A stretch of 64,000 bases of DNA from Octopus sinensis (Eukaryota), in assembly GCF_006345805.1 (NCBI RefSeq), contig NC_043003.1, forward strand, positions 70,432,001-70,496,000, written 5' to 3'. The first letter of the stretch is position 1. Every line of letters begins with the position of its first letter. The notes under the pieces are model-generated. The model was not told where the DNA came from. It ran no database searches and was given only the letters and a program-made list of their open reading frames with translations. Positions 11,743 through 25,126 of the stretch are shown piece after piece. A program made the position numbers and the translations under genes.

Positions 11743-12110
11743 ATCTTTTACTTGCTTCAAGCATTGGACTGCGGCCATGCTGAGGCACCCTTCGAAGGGT
11801 TTAGTCGAGCAAGCCGACGTCAGTATTTACAATTTTAAAAGTTTGGTACTTATTGATACCTATTCTATCGGTCTCTTTTGCTGAGCTGCTAATATTACAA
11901 GACGTAAACAAACCGACACCAGTTGTCAAATGATAGGTGAGGACAAACACGGACAGAAAGGCACACCAGATCTACTCACACGGCATTTGCCGGCGCGGGT
12001 CTACAAATGTAGAAACATTTGCCTCAAGTGTTGTTCAGTGGGACTGAACCCGAGACCACGTGACTGTTTGAAAAGCGAGCTTCTTAACCGCACAGTCATT
12101 CCTGCTTTCA
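11743..12110 (-). mobile_element. SINE family A, diverged
   Basis: Tail cttttacttgcttc..gcggccatgctg through head gtgggactgaaccc. Confidence 0.75.
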
Positions 12111-12984
12111 CCTGTAATTTATAGGTAGAACGAATTGTAAAAATTAACAACAAATCATCACTTTCCATAAAATTCAAGGTTGAAAAGACATAATTTCATG
12201 TTGGCGATTTTACACAATTTCCATAATTTAATTAGTAGATAAAACTAATTTCTGTTTATATTTTATTCGAAAGAAATGATGAATCACCAAATGACCAAAA
12301 GGAAATGTTCAGCTCTAAGTACTTAATAACTGTATGACATTCTTTCAGTGATTTATTTTAATGTTAAATTACGTTTTTTGTTGTTGTTTCCATTACAAAT
12401 TTTATAAATTACTTTATATACAATTTTTGTAATAAATCATGTTAACTTATCAATGATTTCATTTCTCCTTGGAGAACGAAATTCAAATGAACTCTAAAAG
12501 TGAAATCATATACACACATATATGCACGCATATACACATTTAAAAATACACGCATTCATAGAAACTTCGTTTTTCTTCACAATGGAACTCAGAAGATATA
12601 AAACTATGAATAATGGTGTGTAAATACTATGTTAAAAAAAAAAGCCACTGGATAGAAAAAGTTGAAGGCTGACTATCGGACTCAAAACTTGCTTTTCTAC
12701 TAACATGAAAGACGTTCTACCATTGAATCAAATCATCCATTTTAGAAGCTGAAGCAACCAAATGTGAGTGGAAGAGCGGCTGATACCGAATGAATTTCAT
12801 AGTTTAGTTATGTCCCTTTACCGTAACTGCTTCTTCATTTTGAATTTTTAAAATGTTTTCTTGGGTCCAAGGATTCATAAGATCAGCTACTCGGTTACTG
12901 TGGTATGTAATTGACCTACAGGACAACATTCTCCTGAAGAGAACACCAGTCCGTTGCTGGGTTCAAAGCCAGCAACTCTTGAGG

Positions 12985-13395
12985 AGACGTGACAAGTCGA
13001 TCACACCGGCCCTAGTACTTGACTGGTATTCTTTCTTATCGACCCGGAAGGAATGAAAGACAAAATTTACCCCACGGGGGTAACTCAGAACGTGAAACGT
13101 CGGAAGAAATGCCGCTACCTAGTTTGTCCGACGTGCTAATGATTTTTCCCACCCATTGTTGCCTTTATTTTGAATTAATAATGGTTTCACATTTTCGAAC
13201 AAGTTCAGCAAATTTAGGGGAGTGGGTAAGTCGATCACATCGGCACCAGTGCTCAGGTGGAACTTTATTTATCGACCCCAAAAATATGACAGATAAATCC
13301 GACCACGACGCAATTTGAACTCAGAACGTAAAATGTTGGAGGAAATCCCACGAAACATTTTATCCGACGTGCTAACGATCCTGGGAGCTCGCGGA
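12985..13395 (-). mobile_element. Two tandem diverged SINE family B copies
   Basis: Repeated atcgaccc..aactcagaacgt..tccgacgtgctaa motifs. Confidence 0.7.
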
Positions 13396-14026
13396 TTCTA
13401 TATTGAATTAATAATAATTAAATATACCCAATTCATATTCTTAGAGTTTAATTCATAAATCATGAAAGAATTGAACGGCGAGAGAGATGAGATTCCGATG
13501 AATTTTGAAAGGAACTGTAAAAGTTCAAATGTAGATTCTGTAATGCAATTTATTCAATACTCAACACATTCCACGTGACCAGTCCAGATACCGTTAGACC
13601 GATTGGTATCAAGATATAAACTGATATGAATATCATATTAATTAAAATGCTTTAGTGATGACGTCCAACAATATGCAATAAAGAGGATTATGTTGTTACA
13701 CATGCACACACACATACGTATGTGTGTGTGTGTATTTTCTTATATACGTGTGTGTTTATGTGCGTGCTTATCTGAGTACGATTGAGTTATACACGTATGT
13801 GTAACTTTGTTAACTACTTTTTACGAGAATAAAAAAAATATAAAGCACTCACAATCTATCGCAACTGCATTTTATTTTAGCAGCCTCGTTGATACTACAA
13901 AGAAGGCATAACATGTGGGACGTTAAAGAAAATTTCCATTTCGTAGTAATTCTTCATATTTTCAAAGTTTCCAGTTGCACTTTATTAGCACTCAACAATG
14001 TTCTATTTAACACACTATTCATTAGA

Positions 14027-14065
<39 letters not shown>

Positions 14066-14231
14066 TATATTATATATATAATATATATATATATATGTAA
14101 TATAATACATAAGTATGTAATATAATTTTTCTGAAACGTCAGATTTTTTTAATATGCTAGACCGCTGGTTTTAAATTGATATTAATTAAATTAATATTCA
14201 ATTTTTCACCCTTTATATTTAAATTTATTTT

Positions 14232-14295
<64 letters not shown>

Positions 14296-15448
14296 ATCTA
14301 TCTATATATAATATAATATATATAATATATATAATATATATATATATAGAGAGGAGAGAGAGAGAGAGAGAGAGATGAAAGGTAGAAAATAAACATACAT
14401 GCACACCACACCAGACCATATATATGTATGTATATATACATATACATATATGTGTGGCATGTGTATTTATATATATTACATATATTACAACACACAGACA
14501 TATGTATATATATGTATGAATGTAGAATGCATGTATATATATATACATATATGTGCGTGTGTGTGTGTGTATATATATATTTATATATCTGTATTTATGT
14601 ATATGTAAATATAATATGTATATATAAGTTTTTTAAAAGCAAATTGGCATGATAGAAGACAACGTCTGTTTAAGCACTTTCTCTATACGTTCGATAACAG
14701 TTGTCCTTAGTTCCGACTTAGTTCTGGATTTAAAATCTTTGTACAAAATTCTTTTGTTTTCTTAATTGATAAATCGTTCCTATATTTTGAAAAAGAATAT
14801 ATTTTGAATTTCCAGTTAGCACAAAGGTGTAGAGTTTCACAACCAGGAACATTCCTAGCCGAAGGACCTTCCATCTGTTCTCAGTACCCTGGCTCAGTCC
14901 AGTAATTCGCTTCGTATTTGGCCGATATCGTTCTCATTTCACTATGGGCATGTAATACATAAAATGGGATATTTTCTGTAAATTTGATAATTGGTGTAAG
15001 ATGACTGGCTATCATTTTGATAGATGTAAAACGTTGTGGTTTCTGGAAGTGTAGGTTACTACAAGTGGACTATTTTTGTTTGTATCTTTCTCCACATGGT
15101 GAGAAATTCTCCGTAGATCAGGAATTAGGATTTGTTTTGCTTTGATTATGGCATTATTTTTTGGTATTTTTGTCTCTAGAGAAATAACTTTTTTTTTTAG
15201 TTATCCCCAGAGACAAACATGTCTGGAAAACTTAATATGTAAATTATCCAGAATAATCTGAACGTGGAACAAATGATACTGTTTGAAATATTTTATAGGA
15301 AGAGCATAAGAGAAAACGAATTGCGGGGTGTGGGGAGAGTATCTACTCGTTCACGCACGCACACACACACACACACACACACATGTATATATAAATACAC
15401 ACTCACACACACGTGCATATCTATCTATATATCTATCTCTCTATCTAA

Positions 15449-15513
<65 letters not shown>

Positions 15514-15529
15514 CATCTATCTATCTGTC

Positions 15530-15560
<31 letters not shown>

Positions 15561-15645
15561 ATAAACACTATGCCTTCAAAAGGATGTAAAACATACAATT
15601 CTAACAGGTACAACAGTTGAATACGACAGATAAACACACAAATAT

Positions 15646-15784
15646 ATTTATCTCTTTATCATCTATTAAATCTGAGACTAGAAGACTGTGTCTATTTTGA
15701 ATAAAGAACAAGAATGAGAAAGGAAATAAAACTTAGGAAGTGTCAATTTGATAGAAGAAAGTGTCTATAAAAAAGACGCAGGGT

Positions 15785-15830
<46 letters not shown>

Positions 15831-15836
15831 ATTGTG

Positions 15837-15869
<33 letters not shown>

Positions 15870-15946
15870 TATATATATATAATATATATATATTATATAT
15901 ATATATATAGATTATATATGGTATATTATATATATATATATATATA

Positions 15947-15986
<40 letters not shown>

Positions 15987-16551
15987 TATTCTTATATGAG
16001 ACATTATTATTATCGGTTGAAGTAGGTACTTAAATTGAAGCACCAAGTCAGACAGGTATTATCCGCATACTGGAAATAAGGTTAATAAAATCAAAATTAG
16101 CAACAGGATATCAAGTAGTGATGCAGTACGACCTAATAATTAATTAATTAAGAAACAAGAATGCTATTAAACTGATTCTACATAATCTTCCCTTTTAATC
16201 TTTATACTCGATACATCCACATCTTTTAGCTATTTTGGTTATGATATCATTTGGAATTCATAAATTTTATCTTTATACAACATAACAATATTGTTTATAA
16301 ACGTTCAAACATCATACCCCTAATAAATCTTTCCTGTGTTAGCATCTTAATTTTCTTTGTGTCTTGCCCCTTTAACTGGTTATGAATATTATGATTTAAA
16401 ATCTACCCCTACCCTGCCTCTTTTTTTATAGACAGTTTCTTCTATCAAATTGACTCTTCTTAATGTTTTATTTCTTTTCTCACTCTTGTTCTTTATTCAA
16501 AATAGACACAGTCTTCTAGTCTCAGATTTAATAGATGATAAAGAGATAAAT
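15646..16551. repeat. ~145-bp inverted repeat (15646-15788 / 16407-16551)
   Basis: atttatctctttatcatctattaaatctgagactagaagactgtgtc... and its reverse complement. Confidence 0.85.
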
Positions 16552-16745
16552 AAATTAGAAATGAATTACACCCCTTACAATCCTATGACCCCACTATGCA
16601 CAATACGATTCTAAGAAATTGTAGTCTATTCTTAACCACTTTCCTGCAATAGCGACAACATAAATTTCTTCCATTGTCTTAATCTGTTAAAATGTTTAAG
16701 AAAAATTATATTAATGTGTCCTACTTGTTAAAAATTCTATATTTT

Positions 16746-16833
16746 GTGTAGCTGAAGACAGCACTGCATTTAAATTGATGTAATGATTGCATTGCTCAAT
16801 TAAATGGAGTCGCTTGAAACGATCGTACTGCAT
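16746..16833 (+). ncRNA. Type-I hammerhead motif, second copy of the long-stem-II family
   Basis: uguag-CUGAAGA-(long hairpin)-GAAAC-gauc-GUA-cugca. Confidence 0.7.
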
Positions 16834-16864
16834 TGTTACTGTTTGATATTCTGTGATTATTTTG

Positions 16865-16920
<56 letters not shown>

Positions 16921-16944
16921 GTGTGTGTGTGTGTGTGTGTCCGT

Positions 16945-17220
16945 GTCCACTCAACTGACGAGGCTCCGACAGGGGTTGGTGGTGAACCTTGCTGTACTCT
17001 TCTATCACATCTTTCACTCTTTCTTCCTGTTTCTGTTGTACCTGTAATTCAAAGATCCAGCCTTGTCACATTCTGTGTTACGCCAAATCTCCCTAAGAAC
17101 TATGTTAAGAATACATGTGTCTGTAGAGTGCTTAGCCACTTGTACGTTGATTTCATGATCAAGCTGTTCCAGTGATTGGCTCAACTGGAAGCCGCGTTAT
17201 CGAAATCGACGGAATGCCAG
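16945..17220 (+). mobile_element. SINE fragment, C-like segment plus family D body
   Basis: gccttgtcacattctgtgttacgcc..tctccctaagaactatgttaag, as in 44531-44846. Confidence 0.7.
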
Positions 17221-17310
17221 CTGCTATATGCATACATACAATACATACATAAACACACACACACACTCACACACACACACATATACATGCATACAAGCAT
17301 ACAAACATAC

Positions 17311-17371
<61 letters not shown>

Positions 17372-17458
17372 GCATATATGTATGTTTGTATGAATGTGTG
17401 CATGTATATATATATGTATGTTCATGTATGTATGTATGTATGTATGTATATATATATA

Positions 17459-17497
<39 letters not shown>

Positions 17498-17553
17498 AAA
17501 AAGGAGATGTGGAACACGAGTTGTGATATATAAAAAAGGAAATATATATATAT

Positions 17554-17584
<31 letters not shown>

Positions 17585-17753
17585 AATCTATATATAAGCA
17601 GAAACACACGCATACTCACACATAGATATATACATGCATACACATTTGCATACATATATACACACGTAACCGATGCATATTGACGAGTCGAGGAGAGAAG
17701 TTGATGTGTGTGTGTGTGTGTGTGTGTGCGGGAAAGAGAGAGTGACAGAAAGA

Positions 17754-17795
<42 letters not shown>

Positions 17796-18266
17796 CAATC
17801 AGACAGTCAGAAAGACAGAGGCAGAGATAGAAAGAAAGAGCGAGAAAATGAGGGAGAGTGAAAGAGAGATAAAAAAGTGAGCTTTTATCTTTATTCAAGT
17901 ATATTGAATAATCTTGAGTGGTGGCGGTGGTGGCTTTGGTACGTGTTATCAATCATTTAGACAAATAGTAAATTCGACAGTGTGAAAAATGTCTGAGCAA
18001 AACGGCAAAGTATGGGCATGGAATATCAAATACCAACTCATTGTCGATGTAGAAAGACAAAAATGTATCAAGGTGTGAGTTTATGTCTCATTCTATAGAC
18101 ACAAATACACTCAGGCTCGTCTATAAGAGAAGACTGTAGGTAAATGAATGGGTGTTTATTCGTCTATATATGTACGTGAATGAGTGAATATGTGTAAGTG
18201 CGCGCGCGTGTGTATAAGTATATATATGTCTATTTATTTATGTATATAATAATAACAATAATAACG

Positions 18267-18310
<44 letters not shown>

Positions 18311-18311
<1 letters not shown>

Positions 18312-18820
18312 TGTTTTGTCTTGGTATACTCATGTACATTGTTTTGTCTTGGTATAAAAGATGGGCTACAGCAAATATTCTGCTCAATACCACAGATTTG
18401 CTTGTCAGTTGTTTGACCTTAACCAGTTGAACATGTCCCTTAGTGGCTGACGATATGTGCATCTCTGATCACGAGCAGAAGTAGTGGGGGAGCATCATAG
18501 CCATGTGTTGAGAGGAATTCTTTGGGGTTTGAATAGTTCACCTCTGGAAACATGGGTGGTTCTTTCAACATCCTTGAACAACCCTTATTCGGGGACCGTT
18601 TGAGCGGGATGGGCTACTCAACCTGAAGAAAATTCTAACTGGGCCCCACCTGCAATGTTATGTGCTGTTTATCTTGATATGAGATCACCATGTCGCGCAC
18701 ATATGATTGTGATGCATGTGCCTGGTGTACCTTTATCAGACGGGTAGTCATGATGGGTATATTGGGCTTCGTATATTTTACCCCAGTGTCACTTTGATGG
18801 CATGAACCGCTCTCTCGCTC
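18311..18820 (+). mobile_element. Non-coding (AAT)n-embedded element, family F, 5'-truncated
   Basis: Closely similar to 38233-38776, 52696-53260 and 53334-53847. Ends ctctctcgctc-(AAT)n. Confidence 0.85.
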
Positions 18821-18863
18821 AATAATAATAATAATAATAATAACAATAATAATAATAATAATG

Positions 18864-18918
<55 letters not shown>

Positions 18919-18934
18919 TGATGATAATGATAAT

Positions 18935-19155
18935 GGTTACAAATTTTGCCACAAGAGAATCAGTTTTTTTTGTGGCGGAGGAGATTGAGTCGATTACATG
19001 GACCCCAGTGTTCAACTGGTACATATTTCATCGACCCTGAAAGGATGAAAGGTAAAGTCGACCTCGGCGGAATTTGAACTCAGAACGCAGCGACGAGCGA
19101 AATACCGCTAAGCATTTCGTCCAGCGTGCTAACGATTCTGCCAACTCGTTGCATT
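18935..19155 (-). mobile_element. SINE family B
   Basis: aaagtcgacctcggcggaatttgaactcagaacg..gctaagcatttcg. Confidence 0.85.
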
Positions 19156-19157
19156 AT

Positions 19158-19181
19158 CATAATAATAATAATAATAATAAC

Positions 19182-19215
<34 letters not shown>

Positions 19216-19267
19216 TAATAATAATAATACAATAATAATAATAATAATAAAATAATAATATAATAAT

Positions 19268-19366
<99 letters not shown>

Positions 19367-19430
19367 TATAATATAATAATGATAATAATAATAATAATAA
19401 TAATATAATATAATAATAATAATAATAATA

Positions 19431-19466
<36 letters not shown>

Positions 19467-19506
19467 TAGTTTTATTTTTATAGCGTGCTTTTACTTCACT
19501 ACCGAG

Positions 19507-19546
<40 letters not shown>
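19158..19546. repeat. Long (AAT)n tract switching to (ATT)n at ~19432
   Basis: Directly visible. Contains an inverted R4 3' terminus at 19462-19507. Confidence 0.9.
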
Positions 19547-19548
<2 letters not shown>

Positions 19549-20389
19549 TGGACTAAACTAAATGCAAAAGAAATAGACAAAGAAAAATCCCAGCAGTGGT
19601 TGAGGAGCTCAGGACTCAAATCAGAGACAGAGGGATTTTTAATTGCAGCACAAAACCAAAGCCTCTCCACCAGAAATTACCAAAATCATGTAATGAAAAG
19701 AAATATAACAAGTAACTGCAGAATATGTGGAGATGGACAAGAAACATAAATCATATTATCTCTGGCTGTCCACTCCTGGCTAAGAAGGAATATATTCACA
19801 GACACGACAGAGTTGGGACCTACATACACTGGAAGCTATGCCAACATTATGGAATAACAACAGAAAAAGATGGTATAGGCACACACCAGAAAAGGTCACA
19901 GAAAACGAGGAAGCAACCATACTCTGGGATATGCCAATACACACAGATAGAGAAATTAAGGCCAACAGACCAGATATAGTTGTCAGAGATCATGAAGAAA
20001 AAAATGTTTTCTAATTGATGTATCAATACCAGCAGATGACAACGTGTCTCTAAAAGAAATGGAGAAACTTTCAAAATACAAAGACCTGGAAATAGAGGTA
20101 ACTAGAATGTGGAATCTGAAAACAGAAACAATTCCTATCATAGTAGGTGCATTAGGCATGATAAAAAATATTCAGACAAATACATAACAAAAACACCAGG
20201 ACTTACAAACACATATAACATACAGAAAATTGCAAATTGCACTACTAGGCACTGCACACATCCTACGCAAAACACTTTCCATACAATAACCATCAGAGCA
20301 TCACAACAAATCACAGCACATACCCGAGGCACACAGAGCTGCGCTCGGTAGTGAAGTGAAAATGCGTTATAAAAATAAAGCTACTGAAT
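19546..20389 (+). mobile_element. R4/Dong-clade retrotransposon 3' fragment, frameshifted
   Basis: Closely similar to ~54310-55148. Motifs CRICG..HIISGC, RHD, RPDIVV, IDVS. Followed by (AAT)n. Confidence 0.9.
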
Positions 20390-20414
20390 GATAATAATAA
20401 TAATAATAATGATA

Positions 20415-20785
20415 ATATGTGCATCCCTTATCACGAGCAGAAGTAGTGGAAGAGCATCATAGCAATGTGTTCAAAGGAATTCTTTGGGGTTTGGATTAGT
20501 CACCTCTGGAAACACGGGTGTTTTGTTCAACGTCGTTAAATGACCCTTGTTCAGGGTCGTTTTGAGTGGGATGGGATACTTGACCTGAAGAAAATTCTAA
20601 CTGGGCCCCACCTGCAAGGTCATGTACTGTTTACCTTGATATGAGATCACCATGTCGCGCCGCACACATGGTTGTGATGCATGTTCCTGGCGTACCCTTA
20701 TCAGACGTGTAGTCATGATGAGTATACTGGGTTTCGAATATTTAACCCCAGTGTCAATTTTATGATATCCGCTGCTCTCTCACTC
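20415..20785 (+). mobile_element. Family F element, 5'-truncated
   Basis: Same 3' end ctctctcactc-(AAT)n. Confidence 0.85.
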
Positions 20786-20819
<34 letters not shown>

Positions 20820-20943
20820 TTAATAATAATAAATGTATCACTATTCTTCTTCTTCTTCTTCTTCTTCTTATTCTTCTTCTTCTTCTTCTTCTTCTTCTTC
20901 TTCTTCTTCTTCTTCTTCTCTTATTATTATATTATTATTATTA

Positions 20944-20977
<34 letters not shown>

Positions 20978-20985
<8 letters not shown>

Positions 20986-21112
20986 TAATTTTTTTTCCTT
21001 CTTTCTTCAAATTTTCTTCCGTTTCTCGCCGAGTGTTTTTAGGTGTACGGAAAACACTCGGCGAGAAACGGAAGAAAATTTGAAGAAAGAAGGAAAAATA
21101 ATTAATAGTGAT
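20978..21112. repeat. Near-perfect foldback hairpin (~62-bp arms, ~11-nt loop)
   Basis: ttccttctttcttcaaattttcttccgtttctcgccgagtgtttt / aaaacactcggcgagaaacggaagaaaatttgaagaaagaaggaa. Confidence 0.9.
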
Positions 21113-21446
21113 ACACTCACACACACATACGCATATATAAATGTATATTGTGTTTGAACACATCTTTCAATTTTAAGTAACGAATGTTTATGCTACCGAC
21201 AATAATGTAGGTAAATGTATGTTGGTATAGAAATTTGCAGAGAAATATTTCTCTGGTTGTTAACATGTTAAGTCATAGATCTGTCATATTGCTTCTATGT
21301 AAAGTATGAAAAATGATACTATGACGTTACTTCTAAAACACACGCCATTGTCATTTCACTAACAAAACATAACCTGAAACACAAAAATAAAAACATTTAC
21401 ATTAACAGGCATTGTGACTTCACTTGTCTGTCCTCCTGTTTACTTT

Positions 21447-21478
<32 letters not shown>

Positions 21479-21963
21479 TGTATGTATGTATGTATGTATG
21501 TATGTATGTATGTATGTATGTATGTATGTATGCATGTATGTATGCATGTGTGTGTATATATACACACGCACAGACACATACATATACATATGTATACGTA
21601 TAAACACACACATGCACACCCGCATAAATACACATTTATACATGCATACATATAAATACACACACATACATAACGGATGCCTATTGACGAGGCGGATAGA
21701 GAAGTGGGTGCGTATGTATTTATATGTGTGGGAAGAGAAAGAAAGAAGAGGAGGGAAGGAGTCTGCTTAATGTTTCTTTAACGAAGTATTTGAAACAATG
21801 CTACATATCAAAATAATGCTTCTACATCTCCATTCAGAGTTGAGGGCCGCCATCTATTCATGACCAAGTATACTCTAGTTATACGCTGGTTCAGAGGTTC
21901 CCAACCTTTTCACATGAGTTTTCACATGGACCTCTTTTAATTATGCCTATCCTTCTGTATATA

Positions 21964-22270
21964 TTGTTGTTTGTTCCTTCTCGAGCCATGCCTGGCTCAT
22001 AAGGGTCGGTCACCCGGTCTCCTTGGCATATAGGTTCCCCACCTGGACGGGACACCGGTCTGTCGCAGGTGAGCTGCAAGATGCAGGAGGAAAGAGTGAG
22101 AGAAAGTTGTGGCGAAAGAGTCAGTAGAAGCTCGCCATTACCTTCTGCCGGAGTCGCGTGGAGCTTAGGTGTTTTGCTCACAAACACACACATCGCCTGG
22201 TCTGAGATTTGAACCCGCGATCCCTCGACCGCGACTCCGCTGCTCTACCCACTAGGCCATGTACCTCCAC
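21964..22270 (-). mobile_element. tRNA-SINE family C (V-domain-like)
   Basis: Minus strand: tggcctagtgg A-box, gggttcaaatc B-box, ctgcgacagaccggtgtcccgtccagg core, (CAA)-type tail. Confidence 0.85.
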
Positions 22271-22427
22271 TCTGTGTATATATATATATATAGGAACTTT
22301 TTAATTTAGTTCACGGACCCCGGTACTACCTTTTATTTAAATGAGTTTTTCCCACGGTCCTGTTTTAATATGCTTATAAACAACAAGCAGGTGTATTAGT
22401 TTAACACTCGTTAATGTGAGAGAAAGT

Positions 22428-22463
22428 CTGTTACGTTTCGAGCCTACGCTCTTTATCAGAAAG
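22428..22463 (-). ncRNA. Minimal hammerhead-like motif, one core change
   Basis: cuuu-CUGAUaA-a-GAGC(guag)GCUC-GAAAC-GUA-acag. Paralog at 50392-50427. Confidence 0.5.
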
Positions 22464-22657
22464 GAACACACACACACGCGCGCGCGCACTTACACACACG
22501 ATACTACTTTTGCGGACCCCAGGTAGGGAATCACAGCGCTAGTTTAATAGGGTATTGATTAGTGAGACCCCTTCAATGCTATTTCAGATAGTTTGGCGAT
22601 GTTTCGTCATCGAAATGTCTGTAATTTCGTGCCTAAAACAAACATTTTAAAATTACT

Positions 22658-23048
22658 ATCTTTTATCTTTCCCTTGTTTCACTCATTAACCTGCGGCCAT
22701 GCTGGGGCACCCGGCTGGAGATATTTTAGACGAATGAATCAACCCTAGAACTTACATAGCTTTTAAGGCTGGTACTTATTCTAGCGGTCTGTTTTGCCGA
22801 ACCGCTAAGTTACGGGGACATGAACAGACCATCACTGGTTGTCAAACAGGGATACAAACACACACAAGCACGCACAGTCATATACATACGATAGGCTTCT
22901 TTCAGTTTCCGCCGACCAAATCCACCCGCAAGGCTTTTAGTCGGCCCGAGACTGTATTAAAGACAGTTACCCACCTTGCAGTGGGACTGAATCCGGAACC
23001 ATGTGGTTGGGAAGCAAATATCTTATCCCACAACCGAACCTGCGCCTA
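22658..23048 (-). mobile_element. SINE family A
   Basis: Colinear from tail to head with the other family A copies. Confidence 0.85.
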
Positions 23049-23987
23049 TACTATTATATTATTTTGTCAGGTTTGTGTCTAATTTAAATTCGTTAGGAAA
23101 TTAAGGACACACTAATAAAGAAAACATGAAGCTAAGTTCACTTGAGAAATACGGTTCTTTCATTTGGTTGTCAAAGACAAAGAACAAGCGAATAATAGCA
23201 GCGGAAAACGAAATGTTGGCCATCAAGGCAAGGCTAATACCTCAGGTTTCAGATAGCAAAATCTCAGAAAAATAGCAAAGGATATGTCTCTGGGCGTTAT
23301 TAGACTGTTCAAAGCCGCAAACATTTCATTAAAATGTGGACTTTATCCTTGTGTAATCGGGCATTGTTGTAAAATCAATCACTTCCAGCGTTTTTCGCGT
23401 TTTTCTCTAAATTTCTGACTATGAATAGCAATCGTTACGTCATGATATCTCCGAAAATAATTGATGTAATAGACTGAAATTTAGCATGTGTATTACTTTG
23501 ATACTTGTCTAGATGTTGGCCTAGTATGATCAGATACACTTTATTTGTTCATCTTCCAGAGATAATTGACTACTACTACCCAAGCGTCAAAAACACTTGA
23601 AAGGCTGTATATGGCTATGAGCGAGCCCACAACGAAATAAAGGTCAACTTTATCAATTTCTTTGATTCAGAATCTAGTCTGTACTCCAATCTCTTGGCAT
23701 TCCAAGTTAGAACATTATCTTTGATAGTTTGTCGGTCATTTTGAATTTATAATTAGGTCATGAATAGATAATGTGGAAATTTGAATATTATGTCATTTGA
23801 TAGAACTAACATTGTTCTTGATGTATGCCATATTTGGTTTGCTTAGGTATATACATACAGAGAGAGAGAGAGAGAGAGAGAGGAAGAGGGAGGGGAGAGA
23901 GAAATAGGAAAATAGCGTTGAGAAGAGTAAACGGTAGATAGATAGATAGATAGATAAATAAACAGATGGATGGATTTATAGATAGAC

Positions 23988-24026
<39 letters not shown>

Positions 24027-24177
24027 CAGACAGAATTTCATTTTACAGCTCTTTGAATTAATATTATTATCGTCGTCTTGTCTTATTTGCGATTTTGCAG
24101 TTTTGTGAAAGCAAATCAATTTCTTTTATGTTTTACTGAATAAAAGAGTTCGTAGAGCATATGAATGCGATATCATG

Positions 24178-24212
<35 letters not shown>

Positions 24213-24436
24213 GTATATATATATGTCTTAAATGTATGCGTCCTGGCTGTAAATGTCACTCGAACGTTTATTACTTGGACTCAACTGGTCCAAACTGTTC
24301 CTCGCACCAATTGCGATCTGATCACTGACACAGATCTACCAAATACAGTTTCAGTGTAGACAACAGTGTATGAATGTTTTGCAATTGCTAATACTTTTTC
24401 CACGCCGCAATTATTTTAGTTCAACACATACATACA

Positions 24437-25126
24437 TGGAGGTGTTGAACGGTTAATTATGACTTTATTTAATACTAGCAGTATCGCCCGGCGTTGCTCG
24501 GGTTTGTAAGGGAAATAACTATATAAGCACTTTTAGAGAGTTACTTCCCTTATAGATGCCAATTCGGGCTTTCTTAGCCATTTCTGTTTTGGTGTCTTCA
24601 AGCCATGAAGTCGTTGTTCTAAAAGAACGCTGGTCTCCTTGACAACGCTTTACCACGTTGATTTCCTTACACTCCCTTCCCCACAGCTTGACGAGGGAGG
24701 GAAGAAGGGGGAGAATCAACACAGGTGCAGGTGTGACCATGGACGCCAACTCCGCCACCATCGACACACGAAAAAATATGCATTAAAATGGAATAAAAAA
24801 TGATGTTAAATTATTTTTAAAATCGTAGACTCATCGTAGACGCGCGCTAATACCCAGACGGGCTCGATATGAATCACGACTATAAGATACCCGAATTTGG
24901 TTAAACTGCACCGCAAAATGTCGGAGTAGTTAGGAATCTAAATCGAAGGGGACAGACAGTCACACAACTACAGTTTTATATATATAGATATTTCTTTCTT
25001 ATATTCACGCACTTACTGCAGTGGTCCTTCAGATTTTCTAAGCCCTGTAAAAGAACTCGGAAGGTTGAGCTTCCAGCCAGGCCTTTCGCGATACCCTTAA
25101 AGCCAGGAACTTTTCGGTATCTCTCG

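Larger units (their letters stand above)
21892..22536. mobile_element. hAT (Charlie-like) MITE carrying nested insertions
   Basis: Ends cagaggttcccaacct / aggtagggaatcacag. 8-bp TSD cgctggtt / cgctagtt. Confidence 0.7.

Noticed and set aside
14850-14978. Possible minus-strand exon NIPFYVLHAHSEMRTISAKYEANYWTEP
   Set aside because: Weak splice sites, and its phase is incompatible with the 11408-11522 candidate
18445-18485. CUGACGA inside family F as a hammerhead core
   Set aside because: No properly placed GAAA or closing stems
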